Assembly (NCBI GenBank): GCA_000934665.2
Contig: JYFJ02003770.1
Coordinates: 1 to 41,015 of the forward strand
Source of the DNA: Catajapyx aquilonaris
Taxonomy: Eukaryota
Length of the DNA stretch: 41,015 bases
Direction of reading: 5' to 3'
The translations under genes were made by a program, and so were the position numbers. The notes beneath the pieces are model-generated. The model had not been told where the DNA came from and searched no databases. It saw only the letters and a program-made list of their open reading frames with translations. Positions 1-13,001 of the stretch are shown piece by piece. The stretch's first letter is position 1. Each line of letters begins with the position of its first letter.

Positions 1-93
1 CGTTTCCGGACACAGGTTCCTATGTCAAAAATACTTATCTTGGTCCCCTCTATTACCCCTGAAAGTCTTTGCAGAGTTACAATAAACACCCTG
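1..93. mobile_element. Right end of a Tc1/mariner-type element, truncated by the window edge
   Basis: Ends ...AAACACCCTG followed by TA (94-95), i.e. the reverse complement of TA|CAGGGTG. This is the same terminus as the MITE at 28576-28769. The partner TIR is not visible. Confidence 0.4.
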
Positions 94-2917
94 TATAGTG
101 CAACAAAAACTGACAGGCATTTTGCTCATTATAATGAAGCCCAAATTACCAACATTGCTTATAGATTCTATAGACATTCTAGAGTACGTCGCGTCGTCTT
201 AGTTCGAAATGGACTACGGACCTTTAAAAATTACGTATTATAGTATAGAGCAGTGTCAAAATCACGGCCAAAATTATCCATGACAGATATTTGTAGGTTG
301 CGTATTTCTGATTGCGTGACTTCCTCCAAGTGACCTGGTCAAAGGTCCTCTTACACTGCGTTATGAGCGTGCATGTTAACTATCTGGTCTCATTTTTATA
401 GTATAATTATGCTCACATTTAGAATGAGCGACCTATAAATTCTCGTGCCATGTGAAAAATTCATGACGAAAATAAAATCCAGGAAATTGTTTTACTCCGC
501 AACAGCAACTTTCATTAGGCGGTGTTATGTCAAAGACAACATCAATGATAATAATGATTCTGATAAATAATATGTAGAATCAATTAGCATTATTTTAAGA
601 TCCTTCTCATCACGTGTGAACCAAATCGTAGCAGATTCAAATAAGTAAATGGCCGTGCTTTGAAGATGTGCTGTTTGAAGCGAAGTCCTCGACAATTTTA
701 CACTGAAGTGGTCATGATTTCACTGAGCTCTGAAAAGTTAGACTTTAGATGGCCAAAACGATCCAACTTCGCGCAAGTGAAGTGGCTAACCAAAATTGAC
801 TGTTTTCCATGACGTTTCCAACAAGGTTGCCATGAAGGACGTTTCCATTATTCGTTACTTATCACGGGACTGGTGCTCTGATGTCACAGTGCTGTCAAAA
901 GGCTAAGGCTTTTTAGCAATACCCTGAATTTTTAACAGTAGAGGTGGCGAACTGTTGATAAAGTTGGTTGAGTAACTGTCTTGACATATTCAAAACATGG
1001 AAATAGAGAAATGGGAGAGACATGCACATAATTTTGAGTAATCTGATGCAAATCAGGGAATATGTGCCATGATTCGTATAAATTGATTTAAGTGACACAG
1101 TTTTGCGTGGCCTGGTTTCGTCTCTATATGATTCACTATCCGACCTGAGTGTTGATCTTGTACCACCTGGAATAATATACTCCTTGGAAAAGATAAGAAA
1201 AACTGGGCATACGCCATGCTCCCAGGTGTGACATACTGGCACATATACACATTCGAAAAGTATCTGAAGTTAACCAACTGAAAATGTCCGGGAAGAAAAT
1301 GTTGCAGAAGGTATACACATAGTGTATATCCGGATATAGCAAACTTTCACTCTTACACTGATTCGGAGCTATCCAATTTAATATATAGACGCGGTCTGCA
1401 CAAATTCATTGGACTTCAGCCATGTTATAAATCATATAGATAAATAACACGTATAAGCTTGACTGCAGCTTATTGCAGCAAATTTTCTCGTTGACAACAT
1501 TAATCACAGTGAATTAAACCGTTTGAGCCATATACATCTGACCGACTAGAAGATCGCAGAGCTTGTTGAGCGTCGCTATTCAAGAGTGTGCAACTAATGG
1601 GTCCGAATCACATTACAGGACCGCAGCGTGCTATTAAGACCCTGGACGGCTATAATTTTCTGAGATCCCCACTAACAGGAAGGACTTTGAACCTCTACAT
1701 GATACCAAGACATTTATGGGTGTATTTCACTGGTGGAAAATGAAAAGGGCCTCTTAATGGTTGCTTACATTTTTATCGTGCAGGGAAATCTGACCCGCAA
1801 ACCGGTAAAAATTTTCAGATTAACCATGTAATGAAGCTTCAGATGTGGATTAGTGCAATTCTTCATAACTTGAACGTATAACTAACGACGAGACTTACAG
1901 TACAGTATATTGAAATGAATTATGAATGAGTTGTATAAGAGGGCCTCCTGATAACGGCAGCTTATTTGTTTGTGTTTGCGTCGGAGACTTGCGCAACACT
2001 TGGCGGTGTTGTTGCCATATAGCATACAAGACTTTGTTAAATAAGGGATGCCTATTATCACTGTGACTCATTTAAAATTGACTAAATGCCAATATATGGA
2101 ATATTCTCGTTCTTTGTTACTTTTTTTTTTTACAAAATTTGTCATTCCAAACTTGTGCAGAAATAAATCTACTTAAAAAAATTGATGATCCACATCTTTA
2201 ATAGTCCTATATCTCGCCACACGGTGAAACACTTTCTCTACGCACGTAACAGTTTGCATGTCACATGTCGTGTGATGACTGACTCGAACGAATTTAATTG
2301 TCAGAGATTTATGTAAATGACTGGCAGTAAATATGAATTCTTGAAACTGCTGTCTCACACACAAAAAGATCAACGAGGTCGAGTGGCCAACCTGAGTGTA
2401 TCCGTCTGTACAGTATCCGTCTTCACTGTGGCGCGGAAATGTCAACAATATTTGGTAGGACCAAGGTGTCTCATTTCATACAGCTGTGAGAACAATTTGT
2501 TTCTCTTGAGTCTCACGATATTTACAGCACTGCACCGTACAAAAACATATGAAGCTGAAAAGTGCATTTGATTGTTAATATTTCTTAGCTATTATTTGAA
2601 ATTATACCAGTGATTCTGTATATTGGGCTGTCCTGGGTACATGGGTCCCTCAAGAGAAAACGAAAATGACTTAATTCTAAACGAGTCATCTAATTTATGG
2701 ACACCTTGAAACACTCGTCCAATAATTACTGCCAACTGCTGCATACACCCAGAAACATGCCCACACATATGAATACCATGAATTCCTGCACGTATGAAAT
2801 TATAATATGAGTAATTGCAGGGTGCCCACTATAATAACAGTCCATGCTCCCCAGCAATAATAACAAGCAGCGATAGCCAAGTACTAATGATACTACCGTG
2901 CACGTGTTTCCTTATAG

Positions 2918-5900
2918 CAAGCGAGATGCGCCTACGTCGTGCTGATCATGGCCATCTATTGGATGACAGAAGCCATCGCCGTCAGTGTCACAGCCCTGAT
3001 TCCCATCGCGCTCTTCCCCGTCTTGGGCATCGCATCCACCTCATTGGTCTGTTTCCAGTACCTGAAGGACACCAACATCATGTTCATTTCCGGCCTCATC
3101 ATCGCCATTGCCGTTGAACACTGTGATCTTCACAAGAGGGTGGGCCTCTTAGTGCTCCTGGCAGTCAGAGGAAACCCCAAATTGTGAGTTGACAGGGTTC
3201 GCCAGAAGAATCTTCGTCGGCTGGTCTTAACATGTGGTCTCCAACATAGCCTCCTGCTGGGAATAATGTTCACTTCAATGTTCCTGTCCATGTGGATATC
3301 CAATCTGGCTGCCACGGCTATGATGCTGCCTATATCATTCGCAACATTGGAAGTACTGGCTAAGGTAATTGAATAATTGCATACCAAAAGTGGGTTTATC
3401 GAGGGAAAATTCCATAACGGTAGCTCAAAAATATTCCAATTTTTTTGTATAGTCTGAGCAAATTGATATTACACACTTCATGGACCTAAATCCTTCCAGT
3501 CCGTATACTGGTTCAATCCTACTCATGCAACCGCCTTTTGTTGCATTTCTGTAACTGGCATGTGAATAAAGGATGGGGGTTATGCTTAATTCCAAATGGT
3601 GCTCTTTCCAGTTTGATGTACAAGACGGCGCTAATGAGCACTTGAATAATGAAGAGGGAGGGGATGGCAAGGAGGGGAACAACGATAGGAAGCAATCGAA
3701 AGGGTAAGATCATCAGTTACAAGTGGTATATTGAACCTTACCCTATCCTTGCAGACAACCTGGTATTTCTAGAAGTCTCATGGAGGCATTTATCAGACCA
3801 GATTTGGTCTTGCCGGCATGGATCCATCTAGCTAGTGTAGACTAATGCAAGTATTGGATACTAGGGATGTGGAGGAAGCACGTCGACGACAAAGTGTGGT
3901 GAGCAGTCGACGTGAAGAGCAGAAGAATTCTGCAACCAAAAGAGAGGTGGCCTACATGTTGGCCATCGCCTACGCTTCATCTATTGGCGGATGCGGGACT
4001 CTGACCGGATCCGGACCAAACCTCGTCTACGTTGGCATCCTTGGCAGGTTCGAATCAGCCCTGTTTATTCCACTTGTTTAGGTGGCAAAGTCGATGAATA
4101 GTCCCATGCCCCAGTTGACAACATGCGAGACCGCATGCAGCCAATAGATGATCAAAATTTTACGACTCCCCAATCAATTCTTGATGTCGCTGCACAAGGG
4201 ATCTATGAATCGAAGAGCCATGAACTATTTTTTCTCGCTTCTTTTGGCAGCGTATATGAGGAGACCAGTATTACATACGCCACGTGGATGGCCTTCAATG
4301 TGCCTCCCATGCTTCTGGCCACCTTCCTCACCTGGATATGGCTCCAGTGGCTCTTCATCGGATTTAAATGGTAAGTACCAAATGACATAAGTGACTGATT
4401 ACAGATTAGGATTATGTGCTAGTGTTTGTCTATCGCGAAACCACCCTCCACACGATAGTCGCCCAGCCCGTAAAGACATTTCGTCAGGGACCCCGCCTCC
4501 CAATGGAGACTGCCTATTGGCGGGTTGCCTTTTGGCCTTTATTGCCATTACGTCACTCCATAAGTTACACGAACTCCCGCCATGGCGCAGTTCTCTCACC
4601 TGCTTATTTCGTCTCACCACGCGACATCTGCCCACATCTTATATACGTTGAAATCACTCTCACGTTGACTGTATCAGCACGTGCCTGATATTCTAAACTT
4701 GCGACATATCACGATGGCATAAACCCCATGAGCAATTCCTGAAGACACGAAAAATACAAGAGAACTATTGACGTGGCCCCCATACCCATAAGCGTGGGTG
4801 GGTTGGAAAAGGGTGGACCAATTTCATGGCGCACGCGATCTGGAGATTAGCCACTCAAGTGTGGATATGTCAAAGACACAAAGGTTGCTGACTTATACAA
4901 TAAAGTATGATTCGTTGAAGTTGCTCTGATGTTAAGAACACCCTGATGTGCATTTTTGTAAGTGCTGATTAAATATCTGATAGCAATCTCTTTGATGACC
5001 GGTGCAATCTTTGATAAGGTCAAGGTATTGTCCAAATGCGAGAGTGGCTTTCGTCCCTGCTGATGGGTCAAGGCGGTGGTCTATTCTAATCTGTACTTTA
5101 TCATTGGCAATAATATGTTATGAAGGCCTTATTCCGCCCCCTTAAACCTCCTGACCCACCCTTTATCATCCCAGGAAAGTGATGGTCCCCGCCTTCCACC
5201 CACAAAACAATGTCATCCGTCAGAAACTACGTACGAGGCACCTTATTAGCGCCGTCCGGCGGGCCTTGAAGGCAAATTTATTTCTTAAAAGTGGAGCAAC
5301 CCGGAATTGACTAAATAAATAATTAATATCTGAACCAATTGTGCTTTGATTCCAGGAAGACGACAACGATGGACCAACAGAAAGCGTCTGCTTTGAGGTC
5401 CGTCATCCAGGATCAGTACAAGCAGATGGGTCCAATCACTTTTCATCAAATTATGACCACCTTTCTTTTCGTTCTGGTGGTCATACTTTGGTTTATGCGT
5501 GACCCCAAGTTCATCCCAGGATGGGCTCAATTTTTCAAGCCCAAGTGAGTGTCCTCTGTCATTTTTATTGTGTCTTTCGAGTAGTTAACTGAAATGATGA
5601 CTTTACAGGTTCATTAAAGACGGCACGCCGGGTATTGCAGTGGTGCTACTTCTATTTATTATCCCCGCCAATTTGGACTTTATAGGTGCTATTAGGAGGG
5701 GAGGTAAGCCTCATTGATGGAATCTTACGTGTCTAATGTGGGCATGCACTCCAGGTCTTCTTTTTCTTCCCACAGAATACGATACATTGAAGACGACTCC
5801 GTCCATGCTGAGCTGGAAAGTAGTGGAGAATAAGCTTCCCTGGGGAGTCATCATACTCATGGGTGAGGCGTTCGTCCTTCAAAATATGTCATCACTTGCA

Positions 5901-7224
5901 TAGCTTCTGAGGGGAACTATCGATTGCTTGAATCATGGATAGAGCTACAGAATGTGGGGGCAAAGTTGGGAGGTTGAGCGGGAAAATGTAGAGGATGTGT
6001 CACCTGTTGCAGCCAATGCATGTGTACTACACATGCATGCCATGCAGTTCTGTGCTGAGACCTATAATGCTCTGAATAATAGAAAAGATAAATTATGAAC
6101 TTATGTAGAGGATTTTTTTTTGTTTTTGATAGAGTTGGGAGGGTGAGATATGAGTCCTTTTTAGCAAACTAAATTTCGACGTGTAATATTAGACTATCTG
6201 CTCCCCTTAGTAATAAATCCACCCAATCCCTTCTTCACGGAAATAATCGGTCTACTGTTCTGTGTGTGTAAATAGCAGTGCTCCATTGTTCTACATTAAG
6301 TCAAGCCATCAGAGTTGATTCTGCATTTTTCAGCCTGTTTTCCATTATGTACGAAACAGTATAATTATGCTATTTTCCCCATTGTCTATTTGTGTATAGG
6401 AGAGAGATCATATTCTGCTATAAAAGAGAACTTCCTTATCCAGGTGGAAGCTACGCCATGTCCGTGGGCTTTGTGGAATCAGGCCTGTCCAAGACGATAG
6501 GCCAGCAACTGGAGGTCGTGGACTTCCTCCCATCGGCAGTGATGGTGCTTGTGGTGGTGCTAGTCAGCATGTTAATAACGGAAGTGGCTTCCAACACAGC
6601 TGTGGCCACGATCCTCCTGCCAGTCATGAACAATGTGGCCCTATCCCTTGAAATTAACCCCATCTACCTCACCCTGCCCTGTGCCGTCTCGTCCTCATAT
6701 GCCTTCATGTTCCCTGTGGGCACACCTCCCAATGCCCTAGTGGCCGCCTCCAGCAAAAAGCTAGAGACAAAAGAGATGGTAAGTGTGTGCAACTTGCTTG
6801 TGGTTGCCCTGTTTCCTCAACTTACTCATTTTCTATGGGTGTAGATCAAAGCCGGCATTGTGACGAAGATCATCTGCTGCTTAGTCCTCATAGTCTTCCT
6901 CAACACTTTGGGTATCCTTGTGTTTGGTGGTGCCAGAGACTTTCCCCAATGGGCCGAAGCGGTAGGTGCTATGCTGTTTCTTGGTGTCACTGCCAAGAGC
7001 TGTTCTGAATGTTATTTTCGTTTATCTTCAGTCCCAATTCTTACGATTGCTCTTAATTTTCTTCATATGGGCGTGCAAATAATTATTCTTGTTCTCCTTT
7101 CTCGTACTTGCAGGCGAGAGCTGGTTTAGTAAGAGATGCCGCCTCAAAACTTGCAAATGCCACCACCACTGCAGCCACCACTGTGGCTACGGCAGCCAGC
7201 AGAGTATCGTTACCCACCTCATAG
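2918..7224 (+). CDS. Indy: SLC13/DASS family Indy-like di/tricarboxylate transporter, paralog A (5'-partial; first coding exon not identified, probably upstream of the window)
   Basis: Exons: 2918-3183, 3250-3364, 3612-3703, 3865-4047, 4251-4370, 5356-5544, 5609-5703, 5776-5862, 6444-6778, 6845-6961, 7114-7224. All introns GT-AG and phases consistent; 1710 nt = 569 aa + stop. Motifs: [83 protein letters not shown]. The symbol indicates family resemblance, not proven 1:1 orthology. Confidence 0.92.
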
Positions 7225-7551
7225 TTGACAAGGGAGCTGCAGAGAGCACCCGTGGGCGGACCTCGGGGCCCTGCCCGCAGTTGCCGCCGCTGCCTACGCC
7301 CCCCTGTAACAGCGCACCCAAATGTAGCTGCCTACTCTAGCCAACCAGTCGACGAAAGGAAAAGCGAATAGACATGACGGACGGATGGACTGACATAACG
7401 GACGTACAAAGACGATACAGAGAAGAAGAGATGCTGCCAGCTAGCTAGGCCAGTGAGAGCTGGCAGGGGGGGCTGTGGTTGTGTACAGTTGAGTCTCATC
7501 AGGCCCTCCCTTCCAGTGGACTTGCATGCTGGTCTTAGCAGCAACCAGAAG

Positions 7552-7558
<7 letters not shown>

Positions 7559-7584
<26 letters not shown>
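7559..7584. repeat. (GA)n microsatellite
   Basis: About 13 uninterrupted AG units, downstream of the paralog A stop. Confidence 0.95.
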
Positions 7585-7741
7585 TGGTGGGACTGAGCAA
7601 GTCACAGATCTGCCCGTACAGTAGTCAGAATTGAGAGAGGCCAAAGGGACTCTGGTCAGGAGCATTTGTACTCAAGTAGTGAGTGCTCCAGCCCTCATCC
7701 CATCAAATCCTGCCCCAGTCATCCTCATTGTCATTCCTACA

Positions 7742-7777
7742 TCCTCCTCCTCCTCCTCCTCCTCCTCCTCCTCCTCC
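7742..7777. repeat. (TCC)n microsatellite
   Basis: About 12 TCC units; source of the poly-S/L/E/R pseudo-ORFs in the ORF track. Confidence 0.95.
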
Positions 7778-7818
7778 CCCCACCCACCCTCCCTCCCGGC
7801 TGGTTCCCTCCAGTGGAC

Positions 7819-7835
7819 AATAAACAACAAATAAA
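7819..7835 (+). terminator. Candidate polyadenylation signals of paralog A
   Basis: Two AATAAA hexamers (7819-7824, 7830-7835) followed by GT-rich sequence, about 600 nt after the stop. Confidence 0.5.
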
Positions 7836-8603
7836 TATCCGTGTGCAGTCTTTGTTGCACTGCACGCGTGTCTCACTTTGGCTTTTTCTCACCCTGTTAT
7901 CCAAAAATGCAGTGACAAAGATATTAACCACAGAGTCTAGGAATGTCTCGTGTTCCTTACCCAACATGTTTCGCTGAGAGAGACCATCACATGCAATGCA
8001 GTAATGACGTGTTTTCTCATCACCATCGACAGCCAGCATATCCCCATCCCCCAGCCTCCACTTCTCTCCCACTAGTGCTCTCAGCACTAAAAATACCTAC
8101 TAATGTTGGTCGTCAGGAAACGCAACCGTCTGATCGCCTATATCTGTATGCAAGTGACGTTAAGGGGATGGGTTAGGAGGGAAAATGGTTGTCGGAGCCT
8201 TGCAGACCCTCTGACCATGTGCCGATGAGGGCGGACATGCATGACAGCTAGCCCCTTGACAATTGAGGTCATCCCAATAATTGCCTGGCTCATTCTGCAC
8301 TTCTGTGTTGAGAGTAGGACGTGCGGTGTACGTATAGCGCTTTGTCTACCCTGAAATCATCTGCTTGCGCCTCTTGATGAAAACGAGCAAGGACAATCTG
8401 ACAAGGCCATACCACTCTTTCCTCATTTCACCTCCACTTTCCTCCACCAATCATCCTTTCATTGTTATTCATCCTAATATACCTGACTGTTGGAAATCGG
8501 AATCCTAGGAAGCGGAAGTAAACATCGAGTTTCTCTTTCACACGTTTCCCTGGTTGACATCTTCATAGTTTCGAGACTGCTGCAAGAGGATTGACAAGCA
8601 GTC

Positions 8604-11600
8604 ATGTATAACCTGAAGATTCTACGGCTGTATTGGAAGCATGTGGTAATAGTTGTGGCACCACTAGCGTTGCTTTCTCTGGCCATTAATGATGACCCGG
8701 TGAGTCACTACCACCCACCAATTCCTAGACTGCAACCCTTCCCTACCTATTTTTACTACTTTGTCTTAGTCTCCCCACTGCATGTCCCGATATAAGTTCC
8801 TAATTTTAAATGTTTTGCACCCGGGCCAAACCGGTCCCCCTGGATCTGGGCCCATCACCTATTCACCACTCTTTCCGTATGTGATCGTCGCGCGGCGTGG
8901 CGATGATGTTCAGGCCTCGAGATGTGCCTATGTCGTACTCCTGATGGCAATCTTCTGGATTACGGCGGCAATACCTTTGGTCATCACTGCCTTATTCCCT
9001 GTGGCTTTCTTTCCGTTACTGTCCATTATGTCCACGGAATGCACCACATTACCGTACATGAAGGAGACCAACATGATGTTCATAGGAGGTCTTATCATTG
9101 CCGTCGCATTTGAAGAGATCGGGCTTCATCGTAGGATGGCTCTCCTCGTCCTGATGGCCATCAGAGGAAATCCTAAACTGTAAACATTCAATTTTGCCTA
9201 GCCACATTACGTAAATGTGTAGTAAATTGCAGCCTGTAATCTCTAAAGGGCGCTCCTCGGAGGAATGTTTGGCACCATGTTCATCTCCATGTTTGTAAGC
9301 AACGCTGCGGCCTGCGCCATGACGCTGCCTATCAACATGGTCAGCCTGCAAGTCGTCTGTGAGGTAACATTATCAACGAGCCAGCACACACAACACCAAA
9401 CTGGTTACAAGGAGTTAGGAGACAAGTGGTGTGGGAAATTTTAACTATCGCGGTTCTCTATGCCCCACCCACTAGATGGAATCAAATGCTCTTTCTGACA
9501 TTTTATTAGACTGTACTATGCCTAGTCAAAAATATATAGGCTATATTGAAAACTTTGTGAACATCGGTCTTTACAGTGCTGTCAGTTGTTGAGCATGCAT
9601 GCCCATATTTGCGAAAATCCTGATGGAAATATTGCTACGCGCAAGTCGTTCGTGAAGATCTTGCGCATAAATTAAAATTCCTTGTGATATAGGCTGTACA
9701 GTGTCCAGTAGCTATACAGTACATAATTATAACTTATGTAAAATGCCGAATGGAATTAATATTACGTATAGTACCTAATATGCTCAATAAAAACATCATT
9801 GCATGCAACAAATGTTTTTCAAATATTCAATATTATTCGATTTTCATATACAGTTATGCCAGGCATGGGCTAATCATACGAACAGAGCATGTGTATATCG
9901 CAGTAAGAAACCTGTATCGAGGAGGCCGGATATAGTTTGTTCCCCAGAAAGCAGTTTATCGAATCATTGTATTTGACTAAAGCATAGGTGTACACCCATC
10001 CAAGAACTTCAATGTGGTGCATACCGAGTAATGTAATAGGCTAATCAGGCCCATACAAGGCTGAATATTTATTGGAAATATTATCATACGAAGGCAAATC
10101 AGAACGTAGCCTAATTGAAAACTTTTTAAATTCAGAAGTGTATAACATACTAGAGAAACTGAAACTGAGATATACAGCATATGAAAGGTCAAGTCGTTCT
10201 TTAATATTTACATATAGTCACCATACAATTTTCTGCATTTGTCCAATCAGGACACGAGTTTTTCCATACCCCTGCCGAAAAAAGCGTCAGACTGTGCTGG
10301 GTGGGAAGCCAGTGGGGGGTGGCCTTTTTCACTTCCTCGATGTCGCTGAAGTTCTGACCTGCCAGATGCTTCTTCATTGGTCCAAAGAGATGGTAGACCA
10401 TGGGTAAAATCACCTCTTTGGACCAAAAAAGAAGCACTAGCTTCTCAAGACCTCAGCGACATCGAGGAAGTGAAAGAGGCCATCCCACACTGGCTTCCCA
10501 CCCACGCTGAAGTTCTGAGCTTCTGACCTGCCAGGTGCTTCTTTTTTGGTCCAAAGAGATGGCTTTAACCGCATGGACTACCATCTCGTTGGACCAATGA
10601 AGAAGCACCTGGCAGGTCAGAACTTTAGCGACATCAAGGAAGTGAAAGAGGCCATCCCCCACTGGGGGGGGGGGGGGGATCGTCATGACGCTTTTTAAAT
10701 GCATGATGGGTATGGAAAAGCTATAGTGTCCCGCTGTGACAAATGCACTAGTACTAGTGTATGGTGACTATGTCTAAAATTAGAGAAAGACTTGCCCTTT
10801 CATATGAAAATCTCAGTTTCAGTTTCTCTATAGTTACACTTCTGAATTTAAAAAGTTTTCAATTACAGTACTTTCTGATTCGCCCTCGTAGCATGAGGTA
10901 TGTTAAATTCGTTTATTTTCAGCACTCCCAACCTGAATCGAAAGAAGACACGGAAAAATCGTGAGTCATATAACCATGTGAGTAAAAAAGCTGGAAAAAA
11001 CTATAAAATTTCGATTTCCAATCAGGGAATCAAAAGGAACTCCCGAAAATATGGAACTGGCTTATCTGTTGGGTACTGCCTATGCCTCCACCATCGGAGG
11101 TTGCGGAACTCTAACCGGAACTGGACCAAACCTCTACTATCTTGGGCTTTTTAACGAGTAAGTATTAGTGAGCCACACTAGTCATATACATATAGCTATG
11201 ATACTATGGGTACAGTATAACCGGGAAAATATAAATATGTACTTGATCTTCGCAGCATATACGACACACACACCCCGATCTCCTACACTAATTGGGCCTT
11301 CTTCAATATTCCGCTGATGCTATGTTGCCTTTTCCTTACATGGTTGTGGTTGCAGTGGTACTTTATAGGACTTAAATGGTGAACTTATATTATTCGGCAA
11401 TAGCACATGGTATTGTTAAAGTGGGACATGAGTCTTGATGACAATCAATGCTTTGGGCATAAAATTTTACAGGTCCACTTCTGATGAGGACAGGGAGGTA
11501 GCCAAACATTTGCGATTAAAGCTCAAGGAGGAATACCAGGAACTGGGGCCAACTTCCTTCGGCCAGTGGATGACTCTCTTCATTTTCGTAGGCGCTGTAT

Positions 11601-13001
11601 TGAGTTGGTTCTTCTCTAAGCCACGTTTCATGACGGGTTGGGCAGACCTCTATGAAAATATTGACAAAAAGAAGTGTGTTTCCATTTATTTCATTTTTTG
11701 TGCTCGTTTTTTTCTGAAAGTGTCACATAATCTAATTTTATTTTCGTAATAGGGTTGTGAAGGATTCTTCTACCGCCATAGTGGCTGTCATTCTGTTGTT
11801 CATCTTCCCTCGAAACCTCAAGTTCATCGGCAGGATATGGAGAAAAGGTGAACACAGACACACAGGCTACACAGGCACAATTTTTGGAAAATGGTTGTAC
11901 AATAGACCGGGCATTTATGCAAGTGTACCGACAGCCGTCTTATACACCCTGGTTTTTGTCGCGCTTTATAATGGATATAATCGCTCACTTTTCCACAAGT
12001 GTTTCAAGGCCTAAATCGCTCGCCAGTTTTTGCCGCATCAAGAGATCGAAATGTTGCATTATGTCATACATAAGATTGAAGGCAATTTATGAAGGAAAGG
12101 CTTTCAAAAAGTACAGTAGACTACATCACGTAAGAGAGGAAGCGTGTCATTTGTAAAAACAAAACAAAAATATAGCCGCCTTTAATGCACTATAAAATCC
12201 TAAATAATTTTCTGTTGCCTTGAAATCAGTTTCCTCACTAATACTAACTCCGCTACAGAATGGGACGAATTAGAGGCCACACCCTCCATCCTGGATTGGA
12301 AAGCCGTACATGCCAAGACACAGTGGGACGTCATCTTCCTATTGGGTTAGTATAGCACCTCAGGTGTACCTGCACATGCTCTTCTATAGAGACCATAGTA
12401 ACACATATGTCATGTCTTCAGGAGGCAGCTATGCCATGTCGGCCGGGATAAATACATCTAAGCTGTCCCTGGAAGTATCCAAGTCGCTGAGGGTGCTGGA
12501 GGACCTCCCTCAAGTGGTCATAGTCTTGGTGGTGATCTTGATGACCTCGTTCATGACAGAAGTGGTGTCCAACACAGCCGTGGGTAGCATCTTCCTGCCT
12601 CTCATGAACAACTTGAGTCACACCCTTAAGGTCAACCCCGTCTACCTCACTCTCCCTTGTGTCATAGCTGCTTCCCACTGCTTCATGCTGCCCATGGGCA
12701 CCCCTCCAAACGCCATCGCCATGGGGGCTTCGCATGAGAAGCTGACTATATCAAAAATGGTATACCTTTTTTGTTTACTCCCAACAAAGTCAGAAGTTTT
12801 TCAGATTCTCATATGTATTTTTAAAATTTCATTTCTGTGATTTAGGCGAAGGCCGGCATTGTACCCAAGTTGCTGTCTGCGATCTTGCTGTTCACCATGA
12901 TTAACATTTATGCCCCTGTCATCTTCGACTTCCAATCAGATTATGCTGTTAATTGGGCTCAATACGCCAATTTTACTGGAAAAAGTAAAGCTGCATGTTA
13001 A
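8604..13001 (+). CDS. Indy: SLC13/DASS family Indy-like transporter, paralog B (complete, about 548 aa)
   Basis: Exons: 8604-8699, 8914-9179, 9249-9363, 10923-10960, 11026-11157, 11256-11378, 11473-11673, 11753-11847, 12259-12345, 12422-12759, 12846-13001 (1647 nt). Exon lengths 266, 115, 95 and 87 are identical to paralog A. Motifs: MFVSNAAACAMTLPI, AYASTIGGCGTLTGTGPN, TEVVSNTAV, FMLPMGTPPNA, C-terminal sequon NFT. Confidence 0.92.
10089..10888. mobile_element. Non-autonomous fold-back mariner derivative in intron 3 of paralog B
   Basis: TA on both flanks. TIRs CGA(A/G)GGC(A/G)AATCAGAA...AATTGAAAACTTTTTAAATTCAGAAGTG. Both arms translate to the mariner transposase C-terminus (DYHLxGPMKKHLAGQNFSDIxEVK): minus strand at about 10201-10398, plus strand from 10573. 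Confidence 0.88.

Noticed and set aside
22..2917. Short ORFs as genes or as exon 1 of paralog A
   Set aside because: None shows the YWxxxVxxxxPxxLLxL pattern of exon 1 in B and C followed by a phase-0 donor, and none has recognisable homology.
4047..4057. GGTTCGAATC B-box-like motif suggesting a tRNA
   Set aside because: It coincides with the exon 5 splice donor of paralog A; there is no A box or cloverleaf.
4390..4760. GC-richer intronic segment with several ORFs, and CTGAAGA...GAAA resembling a hammerhead core
   Set aside because: No stem II can form between the core motifs and the ORFs have no homology. It is probably an unclassifiable repeat fragment.
7332..8176. ORFs with poly-S/L/E/R tracts
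   Set aside because: Translation artefacts of the (GA)n and (TCC)n microsatellites.
9854..9902. Possible extra exon in paralog B intron 3
   Set aside because: AG...GT flanks give 49 nt, which breaks the frame; exon 3 joins 10923 correctly without it.
12760..12845. GTATACCTTT donor as a U12-type intron
   Set aside because: It does not match GTATCCTT, there is no U12 branch site, and the homologous intron in paralog A has a U2 donor (GTAAGT).
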